A DNA stretch of 64,000 nucleotides. Source: Eledone cirrhosa (Eukaryota). The position numbers and the translations under genes were made by a program. Under the pieces are notes generated by a model. That model ran no database searches. It was not told where the DNA came from and saw only the letters and a program-made list of their open reading frames with translations. Each line of letters opens with the position of its first letter. Within the stretch, counting starts at the first letter, position 1. Shown in pieces: positions 13,834 through 27,721 of the stretch. The stretch lies in contig OZ024747.1 in assembly GCA_964016885.1 (NCBI GenBank), positions 20,150,001-20,214,000 on the forward strand, written 5' to 3'.

Positions 13834-13835
<2 letters not shown>
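13279..13835. mobile_element. Chimeric PLE terminal-repeat insertion (family B arm plus family C body)
   Basis: 13279-13340 is the family B tail-less arm. Internal inverted repeat 13341-13372/13456-13487. 13490-13835 is homologous to 22040-22335. Confidence 0.7.
13675..13756 (+). ncRNA. Type I hammerhead ribozyme (family C)
   Basis: actcc-CTGATGA-cgcaatg...cattgca-GAAA-ctaattag-TT-ggagt. Palindromic stem III and an extra hairpin gacagtta/taactgtc within stem II. Confidence 0.8.
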
Positions 13836-13884
<49 letters not shown>

Positions 13885-13928
13885 ATGATATTAAATAAAT
13901 GGAAACTATATTCATAAAACCATATTTA

Positions 13929-13989
13929 TTTTATTATATATATTTCAAGGGCAACCAAGCCAACCTTCGTGCGCTTTCATCAGATAAAA
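13929..13989 (-). ncRNA. Type I hammerhead ribozyme (family J)
   Basis: Minus strand reads ttttat-CTGATGA-aagcgcac...gttgccctt-GAAA-tatata-TA-ataaaa. Homologues at 17555-17615 and, partially, 60700-60780. Confidence 0.7.
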
Positions 13990-14238
13990 TACAAAGTTTG
14001 TTTTATAAATAAAGACGTACCCACGAAGATTCAACCTTATCGGTCGGAAATTCACTGGATATATATACATAAATATATATATACATAAATAACAAATAGT
14101 TTATCGCTCTACCTCACTGAATACAATAAATGTAATCTGACCTGTTCGAATAGTATTATTCGATTCGTTTGCAAATATGCAAAAGGTCTTTTTAAAGCCA
14201 TGTCAGTAGAATGAGCCCGCCATTCTTGCTCTTGTGTT

Positions 14239-14291
<53 letters not shown>

Positions 14292-14294
<3 letters not shown>

Positions 14295-14498
14295 GACATC
14301 CAGAGTTGACATTGCACTCAGTGCTCCTTTGGGAGCCCCTACATGGACACACTAGAAGAGGAAGACCAAGGTTAACGTATGTTGATGCCCTAAGGACAGA
14401 CACTGGTCTGTTGGAGACGCAGGACATGGCAGCGATAATGAGGGACAGAGACCGCTGGAGAGAACTCATCCATGGATCTCGGGAATTTTACCCGCCTT

Positions 14499-14500
<2 letters not shown>
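14292..14500 (+). mobile_element. RTE-type LINE 3' end fragment
   Basis: RHPELTLHSVLLWEPLHGHTRRGRPRLTYVDALRTDTG...RDRDRWRELI between (TA)n tracts. Confidence 0.8.
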
Positions 14501-14558
<58 letters not shown>

Positions 14559-15539
14559 ATTATGTATGCGTGCATGCGTGCATATATGCAAGTGTGTACG
14601 TATATATGCATGTTTGTACGTATGTATGTGTGTATGCATGTATGTATGCATGCGTACATGTCTGTATAGCCATTTGTTTCTGCCTCTTTCTCTCTATTTC
14701 ATATTTGCTCGTGTCTGAGTCAATATTTCTGTAGTAGCTGCCGGTGGTGGTAAGTACCTCTCAATTTATCGCATCCAAACTGCACATCCTTTTAAGCATC
14801 CAGACTAATAAATTAGATGTTGTTACAACCGCAAAAAATATTAATGGCTTATGCTTTACTAAACTTAAACAGTTCTGACTTTGAATCACTCTAAAGCTTG
14901 GCCATTTAAAGTGTAGTGAAATTATGCAATGAGATACTTTGTCAGATATGCCTTTCAGATTTGGTTATACTTCTGGATATTTTCCCCTCTTATTGGATTG
15001 GTCTGTGAAGTATATTCCTCAAACTACCAATTGATCTACTTGTTATTAGTGAATATCTCATTATATACATAAATTTATTATTTTCATTACATACTATCGA
15101 AAATACAAAGCAGTTCATATGTATATTTTCTTCATGCCGAAATCATTTTCATAATACTATTTTTTTTAAATTGTCACTATAACTATCAAACATTGTAATA
15201 ACCTCCTTTCATAAGTTAACAGAATTTAATTTTCTTTCAATCGGAAGCTTTTAATAATAGATTCCTTTGTTCTCTGCACTCAAGACTCCATATTAATTGA
15301 TTTCCTCGTTGGGGTAATAGATTCTCATCGATTAACAAATATTTTTTCATTAATTTGTATCAAGTATGGTAGTCTGGATTAACTACATTTAAATCATGCG
15401 GAAAAACGCAATAGATCATAATGACTATCAGTAAAAAAACCGGATGAGTATCAGCATAAAGGCAGTATATAGCCAACAAACAGAATTAAGCTATTAGACC
15501 ACAATACATTACACATAAAATCTTAAAAATCTGTCCAGC

Positions 15540-16525
15540 GTTTCTTTCTTCAAATATTCCCAATACATGGCCGTAATACCGGAGCCCTTGTCTCCAGATG
15601 CAAACCCATATTAGTGTCCCTGAAACAACTCCCTGATCTATGCTCACTATCGAGTAAGGTTACTCCAAAGACCCTTTGTAGGCCTCCCACTCCACCTGCT
15701 TGTTTTCGGAATCATATTCTGTCTATGATTATTCAAGGTTTATGACCTTAGGTAAGGGTAAGCACGAATTAAATATATCGAGTTTGTTATTTATTTGCAA
15801 ATATCAGACAAGGAATCCTACACCAACCATTCTTGATACAAGATCGAACCTCGTAGGGCATGTCAATCATATTCATGAAGCTTTTGAACAAGAAAGATGA
15901 TAATACACACCCTTAGCGGAGTTTGACACCCACCTTGTTTGGTTATAAATCCTTAAGAAGTTCTATACGGTTTTCAGGACAACAAGGAGATGTATGTCGA
16001 TCCCATATTCCTGCAGAATTTTCCACACATTGTCTCGAAGAATGTGGTTATGTGCCTTTTCGAGGTCCACCAAATAAGCATACACATCTTGAGAATACTA
16101 ACCCAATTTCTCCAAAACATGAGAAAGAGTGAATATTTATATGGCTGTGTTAGGTCCCGGGTCAATACCATTGTCTGTCAGCTAGCTTGGACTCGAATAT
16201 ATATCTACATCTCTTTGTTAGAGACATAGAATAATATTTACCAAGGAGTTTTAACGTGGAAATACCTCTATAATTAGAGCAATCGCCCTTCTCACCCTTT
16301 TTGAAAATTGGTATTATCATTCCCGAGTGCGGATGCATTGTTGTCATTCCAGATATACAAGCTGTCCAGCACATACGTGTGAGCCAGAGCACACCTTTTC
16401 TTTGTAATGTTTTTGACATCTCAATCTGAATTTCATGATACCCAGAGGCCTTCCCATATTTCAGTGCTTTAATTTCTCTGATGACCTCAGCGTTCGGGAG
16501 GTTAGCCTTCGCCCCTTGATCCACA
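15540..16525 (-). mobile_element. Degenerate RTE-like LINE RT fragment
   Basis: EVIREIKALKYGKASG..EI..EM...IIPIFKKGEKGDCSNYRGIS matches the LINE RT N-terminal motifs. Frameshifted continuation downstream, left boundary approximate. Confidence 0.75.
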
Positions 16526-16657
16526 CATATATATGAACGTATGGGTTTACCGAACATTTATTATAATGTTCGGTTTGTTTGTAAACAAACAGCCCGAATT
16601 AAGCCGTACAGTGTTCAGCAACCATCGTTGCCCTTTTGTTCAACACTGACAAAGGAA

Positions 16658-16698
16658 CGGTGAACTTGTTTCTAGTTTATTAGCTGTCATCAGCACAG
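16658..16698 (-). ncRNA. Type I hammerhead ribozyme (family I, left arm)
   Basis: Minus strand reads ctgtg-CTGATGA-cagctaataaacta-GAAA-caag-TT-caccg. Confidence 0.65.
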
Positions 16699-16771
16699 TA
16701 TAACTCAGGCGTTAATATGCATAAGGAAAGTATATACTTTCAAACGTTCAATCGTTTGGCAGGAAGGTATA

Positions 16772-16812
16772 CGGTGCTAATGACAGCTTATAAGCTAGAA
16801 ACTAGTTCATCG
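16772..16812 (+). ncRNA. Type I hammerhead ribozyme (family I, right arm, G5A mutated)
   Basis: cggtg-CTAATGA-cagcttataagcta-GAAA-ctag-TT-catcg. The two-arm consensus gives an intact core with palindromic ActagT. Confidence 0.6.
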
Positions 16813-17065
16813 TTCCTTAGTCAGTGTTGAACAAAAGAGCAACGCAGGTTGCCGAACACTGTACGCTTTAATTCGGGCTGTTTGTTTACAAACAAACCGA
16901 GCATTATAATAAATGTTCGGTAAACCCATACGTACATATATATATATATGTGTACATATATGTATACATACTACTATACGTCTGTATACATATATGTATG
17001 TACGTATACATACTTATATTTAAGTATCAGCTGTACTATGGGTGAGAAATAAAATTTCATTTTTT

Positions 17066-17112
<47 letters not shown>

Positions 17113-17554
17113 TATTGGTGCTCTGAAATAGTGATGTATACATTAATGTATGTATGTATAGTATACAAGCGAGAAACAGGCTGTCTGTCGGCCGCTCTAT
17201 GTTGTTTTTGCCGACAATAAGTAAATCACATAGTCACTACTTTAAAACTCATAGCAAATGGTCTTCTAAATGTTTTAATTAAACATACAGTATATTGCCA
17301 AATATACTATACATATATTATATATATGTAGCAGTTATATTTAAATTGTTGGGATACAACAAGCAAATATTTTTATAACTGATATAAAGCACTCAACAAA
17401 TTATTGGAGTAAAAATACGATATGGAAACTATATTTATAAAACCATATTTATTTCATTATACATATTTCAAGTTTATCCGCGAGCTTGCAACAGAAATGG
17501 TCGTATTCTTTAAGGGTATGTCAATATTTATTTATAAAACTGATCTATATTATA

Positions 17555-17615
17555 TTTTATCGGATGAAAGCGCACCATAATTTGACTTGGTGTCCTTGAA
17601 ATATGTATAATGAAA
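17555..17615 (+). ncRNA. Hammerhead ribozyme (family J, core CGGATGA)
   Basis: ttttat-CGGATGA-aagcgcacca..tggtgtcctt-GAAA-tatgta-TA-atgaaa. Overlaps the right arm of inverted repeat 17422-17472/17595-17645. Confidence 0.55.
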
Positions 17616-18310
17616 TAAATATGGTTTTATAAATATAGTTTCCATTTGTTAATATATCGTATATTATATAGATATATTTAAACAAAGAATATCGTTGACA
17701 ACATCATAATTTTGTTTTATTTAATCATAAAGGAATATCTAAAACTATTTCTTTGTCTATTAAAAGAAAAACGTAATTACGAGCATTTTAAAAATTCGCT
17801 CAAAACTAAATTTGTAAATACACATTTCCTTAGATATCCTTTTAACTATATGAGACTGACGAACCTGGTTATTCAGATTTAGCAAGGGGTCTTTCTGTGA
17901 TTGTTAAATGATCCATACAAAGCCACGTATAATATCTCCCCTTACATATAGAAAAACATTGATGTAGTCGTGATCATATATATTTTCTCATCTTATTTTT
18001 CCTAACACTTACCATTTATGAGGGTCAGCCCTATGTGGGTGTCACAATTTTTATTATTATTTTTTGAAAACTATTTATCGATTTCTAGTCAAAACATTAA
18101 AACTAATTTGTTCCATCTCCGCATACTTCAACTCGTGTATATATGAGCAGATTTTGTTTTTTCGATCGCAGTTTAAAAAGATTTTTGGCAACACTTCAAA
18201 GAGACTGCCACAATTTCGGCAACCATAAAACTTTAACTATATATCACCTCCTGGGTTGTTTATTCAGTTAATATTTGTTGTTGTATATCATTCGGAACAG
18301 CTATATTAAT

Positions 18311-18367
<57 letters not shown>

Positions 18368-19739
18368 TATATATATTATATATATGCATATATATACACT
18401 AGCATATATATATATATATATATTGTATTTTATACTAAATTAAATTTTAATATAAATTTATATCGACAACAACATGGCATCACCAGGCGTCGAAAAATGT
18501 ATCAGAAACTACACTTATCATCTTGTTGTAATAGCAATCAATTTTAATAGAAAACCATATTATATTAGAAATGATAAATTTCTTACAGCAGACAATAAAA
18601 TATTGATCATGTTTGCAAGCAGACATTCTTTCAGTTTGATGCCAATAAGTATTAGATAAAGATGCAACCAAGTATTAAACTAATAAATTATATTACACCT
18701 GCAAATAAATGCATATTATTATTTCAAACGTAATTAATATTTTTCCAAGAGCATTGCTAAAACAATGTCTCACTCTAAAATTCCGAACAATATACTATGA
18801 TTCAGAACTTCATTCGCGATGATTTATCATGTTTTGGTGTATCCTAATTTATACTAAATTGATTAATTTCAGTAACACGTTTAGAAAAGGGAAGTAAATA
18901 AGAGAAACATTAATTTATCCCGAATTTAAAGTACACTAATTGTTCCGTTATGCTACTTCATTGCATTCGAAAACTGTAACCTCATCACGAACAGGTATCG
19001 GACTTTCAATAGGAACGTTTCTCACTTACTTGCAAGGGATTCATTGCACAACTGAGAATTTAATTAGAGAACGTTAGAAACATTCATCACTGGATGATGT
19101 TGCAGCGGTCTTCTTTTTTATATAGTTCATCGGAATATTAGCAAACATAACGCGGTTTATCCTCAATTTAATCATTCAAATATCAATATGTGCATAGCAA
19201 ATATACGTCTTCAGAGACACGCAATTGTCGGAATTATAGGAACTTGATGTATCTATGATAAAATGCATTCCTGATTATGTTGAACGCCAAGTGTTAGAAA
19301 TTCTGAATGCCACAATTACAAGTCGCCTAGCTGTCTACCATTTACAGGTTCTAAGCATGATGACGTACATGAACACTCTAGATACAATCTACTATCAACC
19401 CTATTCAGTTCAAGCGAATTCTCTTAGGAGTGCCGCAGTAAAATATTCTATAAAATGTATGAAACTCGGTACCAATGCCTACTGTGTACAGCGAATAGTG
19501 CATTCACAAATATAAATTAATTCTTGACGCCATTATAACACAGTAAAAGGAAACTATGGTCAAAATTACCACAATTTACGATAAGTTAGAAAACCTGGTG
19601 TGCAAACAGCTCCCTATTCCAATGGAAACTATTGTTCACAAATATTTCTACTAAACAATAATGGTTAAAAGTAACGTGGATTCCGTCGTAGAGTTCTAAA
19701 CTTAGCCGATACAGATCTAAAGACTTTGTAATAATGGAA

Positions 19740-19880
19740 TCTAAGTTAGACACAAGACCAGCAATTGGACTGAGGATTGTCGATTATATCAACCCTAGAA
19801 CGTGACCAATATTTTATTTTATGCACCCCAGAATGAGGAAAAACAAAATTGACCTTGGCTAAATTTTAACACTTGGGCCG
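19740..19880 (-). mobile_element. Old SINE S1-related copy
   Basis: cacaagaccagcaatt...tattttattttat..accccagaatgaggaaaaacaaaattgaccttggc resembles the reverse complement of S1. Confidence 0.55.
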
Positions 19881-20621
19881 GGGAGCAGGATACTCGAACG
19901 AATATTATACACTAACGCTTCTGTAACTCCATCGCCTAAAGCATTTGAAATAATGGAAGAACAGAATCAACACACGTCTCCAGAAATGGCATGCAAGATG
20001 TTCGAATGGGTAAGCAGCATCACCACACCTTGTCTGTTTAGGATTTTACTGAGGTATGTTTGGTATATAAAGAGAAAAGACTAGTTCCTCTAGTACAATT
20101 TTGATAACAACTAGATGAGAGATAAGCATATGTATTTTGTAATAATTGAGGATAATATACGTTATATAGGGGAAGTGTATAAATTGCTTTGCCATATAGA
20201 TTAACTCAAAGTACATATTTATTTATTACAATATGTAGACCTAACTGGGTAATTGCTGGCCTTGTGACAAAAGTAGAAACAATATGTAGAATTAATGATA
20301 CTTTATCTGATCGCTAATGAAGTCCGTGACAAAAATCGATATGGTTGGAATATATATTTCTTCTTGGATGCATTCTATCGTGTTTACATGGTATGTACCT
20401 TATATAGATAGTATGTCATTGTATACAGAGCGGGAAAGCACGGAACAAAAGAAATTGTACCGTTTTACACGGTATTCTGGCGCGAACATTTCTGTGTAAT
20501 TATATTAGACCTTAAAACTACCAGAAAATTACCCTAACAAAATGGGTGCTTCGATATTTATAGTATAATGTAATATTTGAGTAAGTCTATATAAACTGTT
20601 TGATCAGTTAATAGTAGTGAG

Positions 20622-20738
<117 letters not shown>

Positions 20739-20903
20739 TAAAATTACAGATTATTTATTATTATTACTATATATATATATATATATACATATGTATATAT
20801 ATATTATATATATACACTCACACTACACATACTCCCCCCCAACATATATATATATATGTGTGTATATGCTACATATATATATATATGTTATATATATATA
20901 TAT

Positions 20904-20965
<62 letters not shown>

Positions 20966-21936
20966 TTATATGCGTATGTATATACTTACTACATATATTT
21001 GTTAGTAGTTAACGATATCTCATCATTCATATCATCTTCATATTTTGTTCTATACTTTATAGTTTGGATTTTTTCCTGTCTTTATTTCTAATTTTTGTTG
21101 TTGCTTTTCTTTTCTTTGATCATTGAAAAAAGTCATTTAAAAACAGTAAGAAAAAAGGATGGAATTTTGGTTTTCTATTTACTATTTATTTATTTTTATG
21201 TTTGTCTAATCATGTGTAAACAGCTTTGAATCTGAAAACATTTGTGTATAAACTAACTTAAACTGGCAGATATTTAAGAGAAAAAAAATTCTTCATTCGT
21301 TCTTTATGTTATTCCTTCCTTCTTTCTTTCGTTCTTTCTTCTATTTTACTGTTTTGAACGTTGTTCATAAAAGAAAGAAACATATATTAACAAAATACGC
21401 AAACAACCCTTAAAATATATAACAAAAATATGAACAAACATAAATCAAACACGAAAACAATAAACCCTTCCATCCCCTGAGAAATAAAACATAAATAAAT
21501 AGGAAATACATAATATATAATATTAAAACAGAAATGAAGAGAACATTGAGAATCCAATTAGGAATTGCAAAAATATATATTGTAACGCATTATAAATATA
21601 GTTCTATAATATTTGGTCAACTAAGTTTCATTTGTGAAATTCTATATCTCTGGCTGATCGAAATAAACTGAAAAGAGAGATTTTTAGTAATATAGATGCT
21701 AAAGTAACAAGGATGGTGTTTTTTTTTAATCATAATTTCGCAACATATATTTTTTCCGATATATTTCGTTTTTACACTTTAGTTTTTACATTATTGTTTA
21801 TTTCGTAATAATTGTACAACACATAAATATAAAACGTGCGTATATGTGTGATGTTGGAGTGTGTACATATATGTGTTTATATATATAACATTCATATTTT
21901 AATATACATACATGTACGTATATATGTAAATAAATG

Positions 21937-21989
<53 letters not shown>

Positions 21990-22199
21990 CAAAGCGTGGA
22001 CTGAATTAACAAACCACTTTCCACTGATTAACCTCGACGTCACGTGTTCGATTCTTTTTGAATTTGCCACAGACGTAGAAGCAGTGATTTTCTCAATGGC
22101 TTGGAATTCAGTCCACGCTTTGCTATTTCCTATCCACTGAATTATTTTTTAATAAGTTTCCAGTGTCCTCGCTTTGCCTGGAAACTTACATGAGAATAG

Positions 22200-22284
22200 A
22201 CTTTCCTGACGACGGAATGCTTCTCTGTATATTATTCTTCGGAAAATATATTTACTCCATTCCAGAAACTAATTAATTGGAAGT
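22200..22284 (+). ncRNA. Hammerhead ribozyme (family C, copy 1)
   Basis: actttc-CTGACGA-cggaatg...cattcca-GAAA-ctaattaa-TT-ggaagt, with one stem III mismatch. Confidence 0.7.
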
Positions 22285-22724
22285 GATATTTTAGTAAGTA
22301 AGTTAATTTTATAATTTTCTTATTTTACGTCTCTTATATTATTGTTCTGCAACCCCATGCATCGAACCACACTGTTATTAAGACAAAACCTATATATTTG
22401 CTAGCATTGATATGCATCTGTATGTATATATATGTTAATAGATATGAATTCTTTATTATTATCTCCAAATTATTTGTCGAGCAATATTGGCCATGACTGC
22501 TGCTACGGTTGTAGGCAGGCCGCTGTCTTATTAGCAAACCACTTTCCACTGATTGACCTCGACGTCACGTGTTCGATTCTTTTTGAATTTGCCACAGACG
22601 TAGAGGCATTGATTTTCTCAATGGCTTGGAATTCAGTCCACGCTTTGCTATTTCCTATCCACTGAATTATTTTTTAATAAGTATCCAGTGTCCTCGCTTT
22701 GCCTGGAAACTTACATGAGAATAG

Positions 22725-22809
22725 ACTTTCCTGACGACGGAATGCTTCTCTGTATATTATTCTTCTGAAAATATATTTACTCCATTCCAGAAACTAATTA
22801 GTTGGAAGT
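22725..22809 (+). ncRNA. Hammerhead ribozyme (family C, copy 2)
   Basis: actttc-CTGACGA-cggaatg...cattcca-GAAA-ctaattag-TT-ggaagt. Stem II ggaatg/cattcc covaries with gcaatg/cattgc of the 13675 copy. Confidence 0.8.
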
Positions 22810-22857
22810 GATATTTTAGTAAGTAAGTTAATTATATAATTTTCTTATTTTACGTCT

Positions 22858-22925
<68 letters not shown>

Positions 22926-22943
22926 TTTATACGCACATAAATA

Positions 22944-22981
<38 letters not shown>

Positions 22982-23017
22982 TATATACACACACACACAC
23001 ATACACAAACACACACA

Positions 23018-23096
<79 letters not shown>

Positions 23097-23402
23097 AACA
23101 GGAGGCACACAGAGAAAAGAAAGGGAAGAAATGGAAAAAATAAGCAGTCCCATCTCTTCAATCAACCTGTGGAAATCACTAGAATTTCGGTTTTTTAAGT
23201 TGTTGCTGCTCATACAAGGATTAGAGTATATTTCTCTTGTTGAAACATCATTAGCACTACTCTATATTTTGCGTCTGAGTCCCTCCCGTTTTTAATTCTC
23301 AAGCATCAAAGCCTGCTTTATTGAAAATAGGTTCTTACGTTTCAAAACAGTGTTGTACAATTCCGAATAAGCATGCTTGTTACCTATATTTAAACAAGCA
23401 CG

Positions 23403-23963
23403 GCGGTGGATTGGTAGTATCGGTAGAGGGTCGGACGCCATGCTTTCCAGTATAGTTACGTCCCTTTACGATCTGAGTTCAAATCCCGCCGAGGTTGACT
23501 TTGCCTTTCATCCTTACGGGGTCGATAAAATAAAGTACCAGTAATGAACTGAGTAATTGCTGGCCTTGTGCCTAAAGTAGAAACAATTATTATTGTGAAT
23601 TGGCAGTATCGGTAGAGGGTCGGACGCCATGCTTTCCAGTATAGCTACGTCCCTTTACGATCTGAGTTCAAATCCCGCCGAGGTTGACTTTGCCTTTCAT
23701 CCTTACGGGGTCGATAAAATAAAGTACCAGTAATGAACTGAGTAATTGCTGGCCTTGTGCCTAAAGTAGAAACAATTATTATTGTGAATTGGCAGTATCG
23801 GTAGAGGGTCGGACGCCATGCTTTCCAGTATAGCTACGTCCCTTTACGATCTGAGTTCAAATCCCGCCGAGGTTGACTTTGCCTTTCATCCTTACGGGGT
23901 CGATAAAATAAAGTACCAGTAATGAACTGAATAATTGCTGGCCTTGTGTCTAAAGTAGACACA
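23403..23963 (+). mobile_element. Head-to-tail trimer of SINE S1 with 18-bp target-site duplication
   Basis: Three 189-bp units with A-box-like tggcagtatcgg and B-box-like gagttcaaatcc. tatatttaaacaagcacg occurs at 23385-23402 and 23964-23981. Confidence 0.9.
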
Positions 23964-25038
23964 TATATTTAAACAAGCACGTGATTATAGACTTCATTGT
24001 CTCTTTCCGATCATAATTGTATTATGGAAGCTTAAATACAAACTGATGCAGGAGACACTTTAACAAACAAGTCGCAAGAATGCTTCTTTTTTTCAGATAT
24101 ATTTTATCTCATCAAGATGCGGCTGAACAATACCCACCCAGAAGCGACAAGATTGCTCCATTTGCATAGATGATCTTTCGCTACCTTTATTATGATATTC
24201 CCTTTAAGTGAACCCACGACCGAATGACTGAACATTCTCTGGAGTACATCAAACAACCAACATACACACACACACAGACAAAAGAATATAAAGGAAAGAC
24301 AATTCCAGCCCACCTTAATTACTCATTTGTTACATCAATTGCTTACACAGGAGCACACGTGCACACATACAAACATACCCATGGATATACGAAAATAGTT
24401 CATACAATATCACCTGAAAGTGTAAGAAAGTGTGCCTAACCATCCAGAATTCAACCAATGATGCAGTAAATACAATTATTCATACTTCAATATAGGTAAG
24501 AGCGTAAAGGGTCATTTACACAAGCTCAAGACAATAAATCTGACTCCACTAATAGAGTGAAATTTAAGTTACTAAACCTCTTCAGTAACTAATGACTAGC
24601 CCGCAAGAAACAATTAAGGGTTGTTACAATTTTTAAAAGGAAGAATACTACGGAAATGGAAAAAACAGTACTTCGATATTATCCTGATTCTGAAGCATTT
24701 TCTGTAATCCTATGAAGTTCATCCAATTTTATATTGTGTAAATCTTACCTTCGTTATCAAAACCCCCTAATAGTTTAGTTTTATATCAATATTAATGAAA
24801 TGAATATGATTATGTGTAGACGCAATACCATGCCGTTCGATAACGGAGCCACGTATGCAAGAAAACCTGAATCTGAAGATACATTTGAAGTCTTCAACAC
24901 TCATGAACCTGTATATGTGTGTCTCGTTGGCTTTTATGTTAGATTTCCTGAGTTGACGAGAGACTATGAACTATTTTATCAATTCTGGGATTACGGCTTT
25001 GTTTTCCCTCGACACATTCAAGATTGTTTTATAATTAA

Positions 25039-25868
25039 CTAGCAGTAAAGCCCGGCGTTGCTCGGGGTCGCTCAGTAGCTGTGTTAAAGTTACAATGTTA
25101 AGTTTCTTTTTTGGCTTAAAAACTGTAGTGTCTACTGTGCAGACTTGCATGTGGTGTTTTTGATTAATATTCCCTCAACCAACAATATGCCTTATGAAGT
25201 TAAGAAAACATAACGATAACCCGAATGTTATAACAAAAGAGGAAATATTTGCTTGTTTTACGTAGTCTTTAAATAGACTTGTTTTCAAGTAAAAATATTG
25301 TTTTAAAAGGCTTTTAAATGGAAATGAAGCAAAACGGAAGCTTAGTGTTCGAACTGATGAATTTTGCAGGTCAACATTTTGCTGGCTCGACAACTGTTCG
25401 TGTATTGTGTTAATGTCATTTTAAACGCTGAGAAAGCCAGCGTAATTTTTTACGTAAGACGCTCAATGTAAACAGAACAAAGGGAAATAACTGATAACTT
25501 ACTCTCAAAAGTCGATACATTATATTCGATTTCGTCACATAGGGTGGGTCAATTTGAAATTTCTTTTTCCGATGTCTTCGCTAGGGCTCAATGTACAAGT
25601 ATAGCAATTTCGGTGCAATTCCGTGAGAGATTCTAAGAGGAGATGTGTGCCAAAAATCGATAGACAGACAGACAACCACAGTTTTATATATATAGATGAC
25701 ATAATCAAAAACAAGAACTTATTTGAAAATTTATTTGACCGATGGTTCCGCCGGACCTTCATCTATAAGTGTAGCAATTTCACCGAAATTTGAACGTACG
25801 GTTTAAGAGGAGATGTGTGCCGAAGGTTTTAGTAGACAGACAGACAACCTCAGTTTTATATATATAGA
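25039..25868 (-). mobile_element. Non-autonomous Helitron
   Basis: Minus strand starts A|TCTATATATATAAAACTG and ends with hairpin CCCGAGCAACGCCGGG followed by CTAG|T. The 5' segment is duplicated, with a second TC end at 25696. Confidence 0.7.
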
Positions 25869-27307
25869 TTAATACCTCCCTTCATTCCACAAACTAGACC
25901 TTATGATAGCATTAGACACTAATTTAATGATGGCTATATTAACACGAATTTCTAATCAGGTATATATAATCCGTTTCAGAAAACAAATGAGATACATTGA
26001 CATACGAATAGAAAAATCACTGCCACATTCTCTCGTATTTAACATTCGTATCTCTAATATTATTCGTAGAATCTCTAATCTAACTCTGAATTCATATTCG
26101 ATAAGTACTTGGCGCCAGCTATATAACGGCTGTAAAGACACAATTTGCTTCACTCCTTCCCCAAAACTCAGAAACAAATATCCTGCCGAATATTCAGCTA
26201 TAGATTCCGTCATTTCAATAGACAGTTAATATTGCTCATAAACAGAAAACAACACCCAGACGATATAGATACATATAATGCAACATTTAATTAGACAATA
26301 CGTTATTAATAACATACATAGTGTTTTCGTTCAAATGTCATGCCTTCTTAACATTAACAAATCATATAAATCTATAGCTGTCAGCATTGTATCGTCATGA
26401 ATTGTATACAAGTATGTGTCTTTGTATGATTGTTTAGTTTAATGTTAATTGATATAAGAGTATTTTGAAATGATACCATTATAGGAGAATTAAAAGTAAT
26501 TTTTATATATGTGTTAAATATGACAATATCAGACACTTCTTAATTTCATGAAAATAAACAAAAGAAAATTACAAACACTATATGTCAGGTATCGGTGATA
26601 TGAGTACTATTGATATTTAGGTATACATTTTGGCATATACCATTGCGATATTTACAAATGTATTTTCGTTTATTTAATGTTTTTCTATAGTGTTTTAACA
26701 TTAATATCTTTCCACGAGTACAGGAAAAAATTGATTTGTGTTTAAAATTTTATTCTTCTAAAAATGTGCCTAATAATGTTTATGGGTGACGCCACTGTTT
26801 TACAAAAGGATCCGCTCAACCCTTGTTTAATCATCTTTGTAATGCAGACTATATTTCATCGTAATTGCTCCTGCTGTCATAATGATGCATTCTGCTCAAT
26901 TCTGTTAAGTGATAGATGTGAATGTGCCTGCATACATTACTGATTTATTTCTCCAGAAATATCAATTACAGGGCATGCATATTACAAATAACATTAAGAT
27001 TTCGGCTGGCTAATATGGTTTGCGTTCACGTAATTAAAAATATTTATGATATATATATATTTTTTTTTTCATGGATGACAGTGAAATTTAGTTAGTGTTG
27101 AATAGATTATTTAGAGTGACTTTATATTGAAAATGTTCTTAGATTTATGCCTGCAAGTAAAGTGCAAGACAGAAATATATTTTTCTAATAAGGGTATTGA
27201 CGTTGACTGAAGCAGGTGGTTGATGAAACAGGGTGACAATGGTAAAAAGAATTGACTGTTGAGCCTGCATACGGCGATATAAGACGGAAGAGTCCATCAT
27301 CATAATC

Positions 27308-27373
<66 letters not shown>

Positions 27374-27579
27374 TGGATACAGTAAATGTAATCAGAACTT
27401 TTCGGATATTAATAAGATTCGATTCGATTATGCAAACAGCCTCTTTAAAGCCATGTCAGTAGAATGAAGCCGTCATTCTTGCTCTTGTGTTAGCATATAT
27501 ATGTATATATATAAGTTTTAATATAGATGAGGTTCTACAGGAGTAGCGTATAACGTACCTATATACCCGGAATAACGTA

Positions 27580-27660
<81 letters not shown>

Positions 27661-27665
27661 ATATG

Positions 27666-27718
<53 letters not shown>

Positions 27719-27721
<3 letters not shown>

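Larger units (their letters stand above)
16528..17070. mobile_element. Fold-back element, HHR family I
   Basis: Arms at about 16530-16701 and 16768-16938. Tail 16940-17070 matches the reverse complement of 56360-56510. Confidence 0.8.
21987..22862 (+). mobile_element. Partial-tandem PLE terminal repeat (family C) with 21-bp inverted start
   Basis: 22008-22337 is repeated at 22533-22862 (period 525). 21987-22007 is the reverse complement of 22105-22125. (TA)n on both flanks. Confidence 0.85.

Noticed and set aside
23403-23500. tRNA gene suggested by A and B boxes
   Set aside because: No full cloverleaf. It is the head of a SINE present in many copies.
26780-27270. Possible Helitron Rep remnant on the minus strand
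   Set aside because: Only vague peptide resemblance with many stops. Needs tblastn/HMM support.
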